In this document: positions 50,759 to 62,079 of the stretch, one piece after another
Layout: each line of letters starts with the position of its first letter
Numbering within the stretch: position 1 is the stretch's first letter
Assembly: GCF_006345805.1 (NCBI RefSeq)
Contig: NC_043000.1
Coordinates: 152,148,001 to 152,212,000 of the forward strand
DNA length: 64,000 nucleotides
Reading direction: 5' to 3'
Origin: Octopus sinensis
Taxonomy: Eukaryota
Notes under the pieces: model-generated
What the model saw: only the letters and a program-made list of their open reading frames with translations
Database searches by the model: none
What the model was told of the DNA's origin: nothing
Translations under genes and position numbers: made by a program

Positions 50759-50953
50759 ACTTTTCCCTTCCTGACCATGTGGTTTTGGGTTCAGTCCCAC
50801 TGTACTGCAGTCCTGGGTTGACAAAATCCTTGTGAGTGGATTTGGTAGATAAAAACTGAAGAAGCCCATCATGTGTGTGTGTTTACATTTGTGCTGAGCT
50901 ATGGGAAATGATGTTACTGTCATTTCCTCTGTCTATAGGTTGTCCACTAGCAT

Positions 50954-51356
50954 CTCTTTTACTTGTTTCAGTCATTTGACTGCGGCCATGCTGGAGCACC
51001 GCCTTTTAGTCGAGCAAATCGACCCCGGGACTTATTCTTTGTAAGCCCAGTACTTATTCTATTGGTCTCTTTTGCCGAACTGCTAAGTGACAGGGACGTA
51101 AACACACCAGCATCGGTTGTCAAGCAATGCTAGGGGGACAAACACAGACACACAAACACAAACACACACACATATATATATATAGATATATACGACAGGC
51201 TTCTTTCAGTTTCCGTCTACCAAATCCACTCACAAGGCATTGGTCGGCCCGGGGCTATAGCAGAAGACACTTGCCCAAGATGCCACGCAGTGGGACTGAA
51301 CCCGCAACCATGTGGTAGGTTAGCAAGCTACTTACCACACAGCCACTCCTGCGCCT
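50954..51356 (-). mobile_element. SINE family A
   Basis: full-length reverse complement. Confidence 0.9.
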
Positions 51357-51514
51357 ATACACTCAGTATAAAAAGTGTGCTGTGTATAATCATTATAGCC
51401 ATTCATTGGAAGATCAGGTTTCACTTTGTAGTTACAACATCTCTCTCTCTCTCTCTCTCTCTCTCCTTTTCCCTTTTTCCCTCTCATTTTCTTACATCTT
51501 GAATTAGATATATT

Positions 51515-52787
51515 CTGGGTATAGCAAATAAATTATCTAATTTACACAAAAATGAAAATAACACTGACATCTCATTTTACCAAAATTACATAAAAATATC
51601 TTGAAATACTAAAGAATAAATTTATTCAATAAAATCGCTATTGGCTTCAACTATGGCCTCCAGACGATTTCGGAATCTCCTGCAACTCTTCTGGACAGTC
51701 TCCTTGTTTAAGTTGGTGAATGCTGCCATAATCCTTGCTTTCAGTTCGTCTTTGGTGTTACATGGAGTTTTGTTGGTCTCTCACTCAACTGTGGCCAACA
51801 CATAATAATCGAGGGGGTTGCAGTCTGGAGGTGTTACGTGGCCAGATGTTAGGGGTGATGTGGTTGCAGAAATTTTCTGACAGTCATAACTGGGTTCTGC
51901 TCCTTGTGTGACATAGCACAGTCCTTTTGCCAGACATAGGGTCTTCCAGCAGCCGTTCTCTTGACCTAGGGCAGCACTACCTCCTCTAGGCACTTGATAT
52001 AGGTCTCCATGTTGAGTCTGAGGCCGTGTGGGAAGATGAATGGAGGCATAACATTGCCATCACTCCAAACAACATGTTGTTGACTGGATGTTTAATTTTT
52101 ATCACTCTTGGTCCATGTTTTGGGGACAATGGCAAGCCAACGTTTGTTCTGAGTGTTCATGTGATACTGGCAGAAATTTTTCTTGTCTAAGAAAAACCAA
52201 AGCATGTTCGGTTGGAGGGGATTCTTGAGTTTGTTCAAAAGCTTTGTAGCATAGTCCTTCTTCTTGCCCTTGATGGCTTGGGATAAAAATTGGCCCTTTC
52301 TCATCTTGCATAAGGAATATCAAATGTTTCATGCATTACCTGCCTGATAAGAAACTCAGACACTCCCATGTGCCTGGTGATGGACCTGATTGACTTGGAG
52401 GGATCATTGTCAATCATGGCTCTGGATTCTACCAACAAATTCAGTTCTTTTCCTATCAGAATGATCAGAGTGAATTTTCCGAGCTGCTGTACCTTTGTAA
52501 TCACCATTAGACTCATCCAACTCTTTCCAAATTTTCTGCACTGTCCTAAGATAGACATCCAAAATACTTTGAAATGTTTGTATTGGAAATTCTGGTGTGA
52601 ATGCCAAGCAGTGCAGCATGTTGTTTCGAAATTCCTGGCAAAGTGAATTACGTCATGGTGCTGTTTTTCTCACAGACAGTGCCCAACTGACCCTACTATT
52701 CTGTGTAGTCAACAAAATCAAAAACAAACAACACACATGTGTGAATATAAAAATATAAAATAGTGACAATTTACCCATCGCACCCTG
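51515..52787 (-). mobile_element. Decayed Tc1/mariner (maT/DD37D-like) transposon
   Basis: fragments IDNDPSKSIRSITRHMGVS, WFFLDKKNF, PPDCNPLDYYV; right TIR reads TA-CAGGGTG on the minus strand; left TIR degenerate. Confidence 0.8.
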
Positions 52788-52891
52788 TAAACATATACAG
52801 GTTTGGGATTGTTTTTTTTTTTTTGTCTTAAACTGTTGAATTTTTCTTGAGTGATGATTTAAATAATTCTACCTCTATTTTCAAATGGTAG

Positions 52892-53073
52892 TTTGTGGTG
52901 AAACAATTCGTGGTAAAACCCATGGAGTAATTAGAAGTCCTGGATATCCTCACAACTACCCTCATAACCGTGATTGCGTGTGGACAATTGAAGTAGAACC
53001 TAATAAGGATATTTACATACATTTTGGAGAGGTTTCACTTGAAGATGGTGTGTTTTGTTATGATTATCTTGAG
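52892..53073 (+). CDS. CUBN: Cubilin exon, CUB2 N-terminal part
   Basis: ggtag / gtaagg; VCGETIRGKTHGVIRSPGYPHNYPHNRDCVWTIEVEPNKDIYIHFGEVSLEDGVFCYDYLE. Confidence 0.96.
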
Positions 53074-53106
53074 GTAAGGCTTCATTTGAAATCTTTTCTA
53101 AAGAGG

Positions 53107-53470
53107 ATCATCATCATCATCATCATCATCATCATCGTTTAACGTCAGCTTTCCATGCTAGCATGGGTTGGACGGTTCAACTGGGGTCTGGGAAGCCAGA
53201 AGGCTGCACCAGGCCCAGTCAGATCTGGCAGTGTTTCTACAGCTGGATGCCCTTCTTAATGCCAACCACTCCGTGAGTGTAGTGGGTGCTTTTTATATGC
53301 CACCAACACAGGTGCCAGACGAGGCTGGCGAACGGCCACGCTCAGATGGTGCTTTTTACGTGCCACCGGCACGGAGGCCAAGCGAGGCTGGCATGGCCAC
53401 GATCGGATGGTGTTTGTTACATGCCACCAGCACGGAGGCCAGTCGATGCGGTACTGGCTATGGCCATGTT
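53107..53470 (-). mobile_element. RTE-type 3' UTR repeat
   Basis: (CAT)n cgtttaacgtc...ttccatgctagcatgggttggacgg. Confidence 0.85.
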
Positions 53471-53853
53471 CAGTAAAAGCATTAAAGGCATAAATTCTTG
53501 GTTATTTTGAGCAAGCGTCCTATCTAGTTTTTTCAGGTGCTACATTATACCTGTTTTTTTGCCTTTTGATGAGAGTGTGTATTTTGAAGGAGATCTGACT
53601 GCAGTTTCTAGCTTGTTAAATGACCATGAAAAGGCTGTCTTGTTTAATTTTGTCTCATGTTTTGAGTTCAAATGTGTTTAAGAATTCCACTTCACTTTCA
53701 GCTCTCCAAGATTGACAAAAAGTTATACCTCCTTCCCTACACAACTTGGTCATTGTATCTGCTCCAAAGAAAATCAGATTATTTCATTATTGTAACATTT
53801 AATGAAATTGTAGATGAGTTAAAAACGAATTGGAAAACTAACCATAGTTTGTA

Positions 53854-54409
53854 TTGGGTTGTCTGGAAAGTTCATGTCGATTTTTAAAGGAAAGAAAAAG
53901 GTCAATACCCAAGCTTTACCAGGTGCTCATGAACGATGGATTTTGATAGGTTGAGGCTTTCTGCCAATTCTCGGGTTGTGCAATGTGGGTTATTCTCAAT
54001 TAATGACTTGATTTGGTCATCATCTGTAGTGGATGGTCTGCCTGATTGCTCTTTATCAAAAAGGCTACAATCTCCAGCTCGGAACCTTGTGAACCACTTC
54101 CGTACAGTTCGGATAAAGAAACATCACCGTAAACTGAGCATATTTCTTTGGTTGCTTGTGAGGCATTTTTCCCTTTATGGAAAAAGAAAAGCATCAAGTG
54201 CCGAAAATGAACTTTCTTATCTTCCATTTTAAAGGGTTACAGAATTAACACAGGTTATAGGAACATAAACCTTCTTCCACGAAAAGATAGCTTGAACTGT
54301 ACTCTAAATGAAGGTGTCGTCAAATCCTATTTTATGGACTCAAACATGTTCTAAAATAAGTCGAAAGGTAAGCTACTATAAATCGGCACGATCTTTCCTG
54401 ACAACCCAA
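53854..54409 (-). mobile_element. Internally deleted mariner element
   Basis: TA-ttgggttgtc...gacaacccaa-TA; N-terminal HTH MEDKKVHFRHLMLFFFHKGKNASQATKEICSVYG. Confidence 0.9.
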
Positions 54410-54710
54410 TACTATGTCATTGCCAATGTACCATACACTTCCAGTTATCAAGTTTACCTCGTTCTGTGAAGGTAATACTGGATGGTATAAATCATTATTC
54501 TAGGATAGACTAATATTTGTCACCACTACTGTTTTCTTTGATTTTAAAATTTCAAACAAATTCTTTGATTTAAAAATTTCAAACATAAATGACTCTATAC
54601 TTGTCATTAGACTCAGGGTTAAATAAATCCAAAATTTTTCTAGATTTTGATTATCATATGACAATATGTATTGCTTTGTTGACTTTTTTTTTTACCTTTG
54701 GGATTTCTAG

Positions 54711-54873
54711 ATTAGGAATGGTCTAACAGCTGATGCTGCATTATTGAGAAAAATTTGTCACTCTGGTTCACCAAAACCACTGAGATCTACTGAGCCATAT
54801 CTCTATATTAGATTTCATACGGATTCAAGCTACAGTGCTAAAGGATTTCATATATCGTTTTCTTCTATGGAAG
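54711..54873 (+). CDS. CUBN: Cubilin exon, CUB2 C-terminal part
   Basis: atttctag / gtaaat; IRNGLTADAALLRKICHSGSPKPLRSTEPYLYIRFHTDSSYSAKGFHISFSSME; not in ORF track. Confidence 0.95.
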
Positions 54874-55039
54874 GTAAATAAGATTCTTTGTTTAAAAAAA
54901 AATTATCTATTGTTTATAAATTGCAGATGTAAAAGCACGTAAATTTTTGAGATTTTTGTTTAACAACCATTGAGTGGAAGTGGCCAAGAAGATGAGGTCT
55001 CAGTATCTCAGTTGGGTTCTTTTATTTAAAAAATTTTTT

Positions 55040-55205
55040 TCACTTGTTTGTCATTTGACTGTGGTCATGCTGGAGCACTGCTTTGAAGGGTTTTAGTTGA
55101 ACAAATTGACCCCAGGACTTATTTTTTAATCCTAGTACTTATTCTATTGGTGTCTTTTGTCGAACCGCTAAGTTACAAGGACATAAACACACCAACACTG
55201 GTGTG
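55040..55205 (-). mobile_element. SINE A-related 3' fragment (older)
   Basis: tcatttgactgtggtcatgctggagcac...gacataaacacaccaac. Confidence 0.7.
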
Positions 55206-55209
55206 TTTT

Positions 55210-55911
55210 TTCTCCACACAGTATAATTTTGGTCTTGTAGTTGTTATGTTGGCAGCGTTCACATCTGTAGAATATCTTTCCAGATGACAAGTCCTTGTTC
55301 TTAATGTAGATGCAGCCATTACAGAAGAACTCCAACCCTCCACGTTGAGTTTTAACAAAATGCATGGCTACTAACAATTGTATATAAATTAAGATGAAAA
55401 ATGTTTCACAAGCTTCACTGTTAATAGAGTTGCTGAGCCTTTCGACACCTGGTGGTCCTTTACTTCAGCAAACTGAGAAAAAATGCAATTTGTGTGTACA
55501 AGAAGATTCGTCCAAATCTATTTATATAAAACTAAACGTGTGTGTCTGTGTGTTTAACTTCCCGGCACATCTCCTCCTAGCCAACAAATCGTAGAACCAC
55601 CAAAAATGGGTCACTTAAAGTTTAGGCGAATGAAAATTGAACTGCGCCATTTCTGTTACGAAATTCATCTCGCAAGTACAAAAATCGATAATGTGTTTGT
55701 TTAGGCCTTATCCCATGCATTGAATAGTGAACTTTACTCAGTCAGCTGTTTGACGTGAACTGTGTTGAGCCGGGCAGTACTGCTAGTGACAGATAAAGAT
55801 AAAGTGAAAGTATCTGTCGGGCAGATATCTATCAGGCAGTTGTCTGTCAGGTAGTTGTCCATCGGTAATTATCTGTTGAGCAATTGCTTATCATGCAGTT
55901 GACCTAGAACC
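55210..55911 (-). mobile_element. Mutator-like (MULE) relic: FLYWCH-like fragment plus 15-bp subterminal repeats
   Basis: MHFVKTQRGGLEFFCNGCIYIKNK...FYRC; 15-bp ggcagttgtc-type tandem units 55810-55905 ending ctagaacc; interrupted by a Helitron. Confidence 0.55.
55517..55786 (+). mobile_element. Non-autonomous Helitron, second family
   Basis: A|TCTATTTATATAAAAC...gccgggcagtactgCTAG|T. Confidence 0.8.
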
Positions 55912-55973
55912 CATGAACAACACACATTTAACCCTCTCAAAGATAATAATTTTTTGATTTATGTTTCATTTAG

Positions 55974-56158
55974 ACCTTCAAGGCTGTGGAGGCATGCGGG
56001 CACAAAAAGAAGGTGTGATTACATCAACAAACTTCCCTAACTCCTACGGAAGCAATGAAGATTGTGTGTGGATAATCCAGCCACAGCATACTGTGATATT
56101 TTCCTTTGATGTTCTTGATCTTCCTGGTGAAAGTCCATGTTTATCAGATTATGTGGAG
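55974..56158 (+). CDS. CUBN: Cubilin exon, CUB3 N-terminal part
   Basis: ttcatttag / gtttgt; DLQGCGGMRAQKEGVITSTNFPNSYGSNEDCVWIIQPQHTVIFSFDVLDLPGESPCLSDYVE. Confidence 0.95.
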
Positions 56159-56307
56159 GTTTGTAATTTAACACCCATTACTAATTTGAGCAGCAAATAT
56201 TTTGGGCAATTATATTTTTTTCTCTTTTCTTCCTTCACATCTATATAAGCAGCATCAGTGCCACCACATCCATCACATTCATCCTTACCATTATGATTAT
56301 TATCAAC

Positions 56308-56828
56308 ATCATCATCGTTTAACGTCCGTTTTCCATGCTAGCATGGGTTGGACGGTTCAACTGGGGTCTGGGAAGCCAGGAAGCTGCACCAGGCCCAGTC
56401 TGATCTGGCAGTGTTTCTACAGCTGGATGCCCTTCCTAACGCCAACCACTCTGAGAGTGTAGTGGGTGCTTTTTACGTGTCACCGGTACAGGTGCCAGAC
56501 GAGGCTGGCAAACGGCCACGATCGGATGGTGCTTTTTACGTGCCACCAGCACGGGGGCCAGACGAGGCTGGCAAACGGCCACGATCGGATGGTGCTTTTT
56601 ACGTGTCACCGGTACAGGTGCCAGACGAGGCTGGCAAACGGCCATGATCGGATGGTGCTTTTTATGTGCCACCTGCACAGGTGCCAGACGAGGCTGGCAA
56701 ACGGCCACGATCGGATGGTGCTTTTTACGTGCCACCGGCATGGGGGCCAGACAAGGCTGGCAAACGGCCACGATCGGATGGTGCTTTTTACATGCCACTG
56801 GCACGGGGGTCAGACGAGGCTGGCAACA
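56308..56828 (-). mobile_element. RTE-type 3' UTR repeat with six 63-bp tandem units
   Basis: gtgcttttt recurs at 56466, 56529, 56592, 56655, 56718 and 56781. Confidence 0.9.
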
Positions 56829-56960
56829 TTGTCTCATTATCCTCACTGTCATCTTTGTAGTCATTGTTTTCTTCATTATCACTTTCATCATCATTGTCAG
56901 TGTTATTTTCATCTGCCCCATCATCTTCTAATCATTCTTTATTATTATCTTCAATGTAAC

Positions 56961-57148
56961 ATTTATATAAAACTCAACTTGTGTGTCTGTGTGTGTGTGT
57001 CTGTGTGTTTAACTTCCCGGCACATCTCCTCCTAGCCAACAAATCGTAGAACCACTAAAATTGGGTCACTTAAAGTTTAGGTGAATGAAAATTGAACTGC
57101 GCTATTTCTGTTCCGAAATTCATCTTGCAAGTATAAAAATTGATAATG
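56961..57148 (+). mobile_element. 3'-truncated copy of the 55517 Helitron
   Basis: near-identical to 55520-55693; lacks the CTAG end. Confidence 0.8.
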
Positions 57149-57338
57149 CAGTACCATCATGTTATTGCCATCATAAACAGCATTGTTATCATTCCCATTT
57201 TTGTAATCATTGCTATTGTGATTATTGAAATCAAGATAATGATTATCTTTTGAACAATTCTGACAGAGGACATTGCTTTTAACATTAGAATTCACCATTC
57301 TCTTAATACATGAAGTTACTCTGTTTTGCAAACTTTAA

Positions 57339-57557
57339 CCCCTTAGTGTTTAAACCGGCCATATCCAGCCCAAATGATCTACCTGTTTTCTGTTAAAACT
57401 GCCCAGATTTGGTATCTCACACCAACCTATAATGTCAATCTAAAAACAGGTGATAACATCATCAAAATCTTAAAGCTACGAAATAATGCATGATTAGCTT
57501 AAAACAATATGGATGAATAAATAATATATTTGACAGAATAATCTGAATGCTAAAGGG
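57339..57557. mobile_element. piggyBac-type MITE (inverted relative to 2252)
   Basis: TTAA-CCCCTTAG...CTAAAGGG-TTAA. Confidence 0.8.
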
Positions 57558-57999
57558 TTAATGTATTTTTGCCAATGTAGAACACCAATAGTTTCTTTGA
57601 ACTTTTATATTTCCGTTCTAAAACTCGGCATAATTTTTCCAGGTAGAAGGAAGCTATAAAGGTAGCATGAAAGAGGTTGGTACAATTGCATCAGTTAGTG
57701 TTGTAGAGATGAAGAAGATAACAATATTAAGAAAGTCAGAGCAGAATGACAATGATGAGATGAAAAGGATGGTGATAGTCCTGAAAATTGAAAATGCTGC
57801 TAATTCACGTTAATTAACTTTTGTCGGTGTCAGCTATATTATTTACAACATGTAAAAGCAGTTCTTATTGACAGTTGATGCATATTCCCACTGCATGTGT
57901 GCATGTGTTGGTGCAAATTCACAATCATGAAGACACTCATGCACAGATATGTAAATACATTCATGTATAGGCATTATAGTGTGCAAATAGTTATTGTTA

Positions 58000-58150
58000 C
58001 ATTATTTACATTCGACGGATATTTGTCCCCATCTTGTTTGTTGCTAACACAATGTTGCGGCTGATATACCCTCCAGCTTTCATCAGGTGTCTTGGGGAAA
58101 TTTCGAACCTAGGTTCTCATTCCTAAGGTACTTTTAAATGTTATTATTAA

Positions 58151-58188
<38 letters not shown>

Positions 58189-58265
58189 GGGTCACTGCTT
58201 GGAATTGAACTCGAAATCTTGGGGTTAGTAGCCCACACTCTTAACCACTATGCCATATGCCCGTG
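58000..58265 (-). mobile_element. tRNA-headed SINE with (AAT)n linker and hammerhead-containing 3' part
   Basis: A box tggcatagtgg, B box gttcaattcc, arm ggg-ctactaa-ccc; 10-bp TSD gttattgtta at 57990-57999 and 58266-58275. Confidence 0.8.
58046..58091 (-). ncRNA. Degenerate minimal (PLE-type) hammerhead ribozyme motif
   Basis: minus strand: GACAC CTGATGA A AGCTG-gagggtatat-CAGCC GCAA CA TT GTGTT; stems I and II pair; GAAA is GCAA in this copy. Confidence 0.6.
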
Positions 58266-58486
58266 GTTATTGTTAGTTATGATATAAGTGGATCCAACTC
58301 AATAATTAAAAAATACACAAAGAACTGAAAATGTATTGCATCATATAAATTATTATTGACTAAAAGGAAATACTTAGAGATAAAATATATATAGAACATC
58401 TTCTTGTAGAAAAATTATGTTAAAATCAATTGCTACAACTTCAAATATATTTTGTTCTTTGGTTTCAAGTTGAATTTATTTAACTA

Positions 58487-58842
58487 CTAGCAGTATCACT
58501 CAGCGTTGCTCGGGTTTGTTTCAACCCTTTAGAATTAAAACTTTTGCATTATGTAGCTTGTTATTCTCTTTAAGTGAACATTTTTCTGGTTGAAATACAC
58601 TGAAAAATGGTGACACAGCAGTAAAAAAATCGTAAAAAAGCACCTTTTTGATGTAAATAATTTTTGGTGTTAACATGGTCCAATTTGAATTTTTATTTCT
58701 ATGGATGGAAGAGCAAGCCTTCTTCTATCATTTTCTCAATTTTGGTCAACTTGTGCCGCAGGGTCTTGGAGGAAATAGTGTTAGTTGAAGGCTACCAAAC
58801 CTGCCATACGCAGACAACTTCAGCTTTATATATATAGAGAGA
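58487..58842 (-). mobile_element. Non-autonomous Helitron H6 (H-family 3' end, different interior)
   Basis: minus A|TCTCTCTATATATATAAAGCTGAAGTTGTC...aaacccgagcaacgctgagtgatactgCTAG|T. Confidence 0.8.
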
Positions 58843-59294
58843 TTTGAATTAGAATCAATTTCTGTAGGTTGGAGAATTGTTAGCTTCAGATCAGCCTTAA
58901 TGAAATAGACTTATGATTCCTCTTATGAAATTCCATCTTTATCTCAGATATGGTATGCCTAGGACATAGTGTGTCCTTCCCTTCTTTTAAGACAGATCAG
59001 TGTGGTTTGCGGAAGATTTCATTGATTTTTTTAAAGCAACTTGAGCAACCGCTTAGTGGTTTCATTGTTAGTTTCAGCCTGGAGAGTTGGTAAAAGTAGC
59101 AGCTTGAAATTATGTAGTCTCTTAGTGTGTTTTTGGTTCTCATTCTACCAAGATTGACTTCATGTTCCACTTCCCACTGGAGTGGAAGTCAGTCAGTAAC
59201 ATAAGAGCGAACATTTTACTGGGGTCAGCTGGAGTGATTATATTACCTCCTCACTTCAATATTTGACCTTGTTTCAAAATAAATCATTATTAGT

Positions 59295-59641
59295 TACGCC
59301 AGCCTAGCCTGGTCCCGTGCCGGTGGCATGTAAAAAGCACCATCTGATCGTGGCCGTTGCCAGCCTTGCCTGGCCCCTGTGCCGGTGGCACGTAAAAAGC
59401 ACCATCCGTCCATGGCCGTTTGCCAGCTCCGTCTGGCACCTGTGCGGGTGGCACGTAAAAAGCACCCACAACACTCACGGAGTGGCTGGCGTTAGGAAGG
59501 GCATCCAGCCATAGAAACACTGCCAGATCAGACTGGGCCAGATGCAGCCTTCTGGCTTCACAGACCCCAGTTGAACCGTCCAACCCATGCTAGCATGGAA
59601 AACGGACGCTAAACGATGATGATGATGATGATGATGATGAT
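59295..59641 (+). mobile_element. RTE-type 3' UTR repeat
   Basis: same family; (GAT)n tail. Confidence 0.85.
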
Positions 59642-59830
59642 CTACTGGACATACTTGCAGTATGTAGTTACATTCAGAATTCAATTCCTACTAGTCTAAA
59701 TTTTTGTCTTTTATTCATTTAGGGTTGATTGAATAAGTATTCATAATATTTTAGGTGTATATTCAATTGATTATACTCCAGTTTTATAAATTTGTAGCAT
59801 TGTTATGAAAGTAAGAAATCAAATTTAGTT

Positions 59831-60233
59831 CATCATCATCATCATCATCGTTTAACGTCCGTTCTCCATGCTAGCATGGGTTGGACGGTTCGACCGGGGA
59901 TCTGGGAAGCCAGAAGGCTGCACCAGGCTCCAGTCTGATCTGGCAGTGTTTCTATGGCTGGATGCCCTTCCTAACGCCAACCACTCCGTGAGTGTAGTGG
60001 GTGCTTTTTACGTGCCACCTGCACAAGTGCCAGGCAAGGCTGGCAATGGCCACGGTCGGATTGGTGCATTTTACATGCCACCGGCACGGAAGCCAGTTGA
60101 GGCAGCACTGGCATCAACCACGATTCGGATGGTGCTTTTTACAAGCCACCAGCATGGAAGCCGGTCGAGGCGGCACTGGCATCGGCCACGATTCGGATGG
60201 TGCTTTTTACATGCCACCGGCACGGAAGCCAGA
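59831..60233 (-). mobile_element. RTE-type 3' UTR repeat, inverted relative to 59295-59641
   Basis: (CAT)n cgtttaacgtccg... Confidence 0.85.
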
Positions 60234-60469
60234 ACTGAAAAAAAAAAAAAATGGAAAATTAATAGAGCATCAAACTAAATCCTTGACTAGATTCAGTTCT
60301 GAATGTCAGTCTTATGAGTTTTAATTCTTCTCAAACTGCATTTTTCTTTGAACAGATAATATAAGCCCTAAAATATACTGTGGTCAGTTCAATTGATTAT
60401 ATCTCTACAGCAGCAACTTGCTTTATGCTTAGTCAAATCAGTTAGTTTCATCATCAATTTTAATCAATA

Positions 60470-60871
60470 CTCTTTTACTCTTGTTTCAGTCATTTTGACT
60501 GTGGCCATGCTGGAGCACCGCCTTTAGTCGAGCAAATCGACCCCGGGACTTATTCTTTGTAAGCCCAGTACTTATTCTATCGGTCTCTTTTGCCGAACCA
60601 CTAAGTGACGGGGATGTAAACACACCAGCATCGGTTGTCAAGCAATGCTAGGGGGACAAACACAGATACACAAACACACACATACATATACATATATATA
60701 CATATATACGACAGGCTTCTTTCAGTTTTCGTCTACCAAATCCACTCACAAGGCATTGGTCGGCCCGGGGCTATAGCAGAAGACACTTGCCCAAGATGCC
60801 ACGCAGTGGGACTGAACCCGGAACCATGTGGCTGGTTAGCAAGCTACTTACCACACAGCCACTCCTGCGCC
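60470..60871 (-). mobile_element. SINE family A
   Basis: full-length reverse complement. Confidence 0.9.
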
Positions 60872-61271
60872 TTGTTTTGCAAATTAAATTTTCTATGAAT
60901 CCAGTATTTTAGCAGTTCTTTATCAATGATTTTGTAACAGGTTCTTTATTTTATCCACTCTTGAATGATGAAAGTCCTATTGAAGTTCCTTTAAGTTTCA
61001 TCCTTTCAGGTCCATAAAATACATACCAGTAAATTATTAAGGTCAATAACAGTGATTGTTACTGCTCATGAAAGGTTTGACCTTGTACTCAAATAAGAAG
61101 TCAATAATTTTGTATAGAAATAGTTAACATTTTATGATGCATGTTGTCATTTGTAATGTAAATTCTGAGTTTCAAAACAATTTGACTTTCTATCAAATTG
61201 TTTCTGTCAAGTTTTCATTTCTATGAAAATTTTTAATCAACCAAAAATCATGTTTTTATTCTGTTTTTCAG

Positions 61272-61428
61272 GTTCGCGATGGTTCATTACCAGTCTCTCC
61301 TTTGATTGGTCGCTATTGCGGACAAACCAAACCATCAGAAATTTTCTCAAACCAGAATAGTATTTGGGTACATTTTAAATCTAACGTTTCTGATACCCAC
61401 ATGGGTTTCAGAGCCCGGTGGAAAGTTG
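61272..61428 (+). CDS. CUBN: Cubilin exon, CUB3 C-terminal part
   Basis: tttttcag / gtgagt; VRDGSLPVSPLIGRYCGQTKPSEIFSNQNSIWVHFKSNVSDTHMGFRARWKV. Confidence 0.95.
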
Positions 61429-62079
61429 GTGAGTTTTATAACTTTTCATTTGTGAGATTTGGATTTTGGTTCATTATAAAACTATGTATATATTTTAGTT
61501 TGAAGCCATGCCAGTTCTCCCAGACTTGTGAGATCAATGCAATTGATGTTCATCTTGAATTTCTATTGGTTGATACCCGAAGTCAGGTTTTCTGAGGTTA
61601 AAATAATAACCAGTTAATAAATGTAAATTACTATGGCCAGTCCAATCACTGAAATCAGTAATTAGAATAAAAGAATGTGTGGTTACCATGAAAGTAAAAA
61701 TTGTGAAATCTAGTTTTTAGTTGAGTGTTATTTCTTTGGTATGAGTAATGACGATGACTTGGTAAACTTGAAGGAAACTTAGGATCCAATGTCCTTATTG
61801 GATTGTTATTGTTCAGCTATGTGTCATCCAAGAGCAAGAAAATCTTCAATCAAAGCTATTCCTACTCTGATCATCCCATCATTTTGTGTGTGTACATTGG
61901 TCAATGTTTCCTTCGATTTTTTTTTTAAGGAAGATTTGGTTGTTGTTTCTAGCAGATTGAACAACCACGTAGGGGCTCCTTGTTGGCTGAATTGTTTTAC
62001 GGATTATGTTTTCAAGATATTTGTTCATAGACGTAGCACATGACTGGTATGAAGTATTTAGATTTAAGGCAGTGAATTG

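Noticed and set aside
49099-50835. 578-aa and 571-aa ORFs rich in His/Ser/Leu/Thr
   Set aside because: Translation of a (CTCA)n satellite that cannot form stop codons; intronic, with no splice or domain support
56466-56828. Regularly spaced repeats resembling a CRISPR array
   Set aside because: Whole 63-bp units repeat with no unique spacers; eukaryotic intron, no cas genes; part of an RTE 3' UTR
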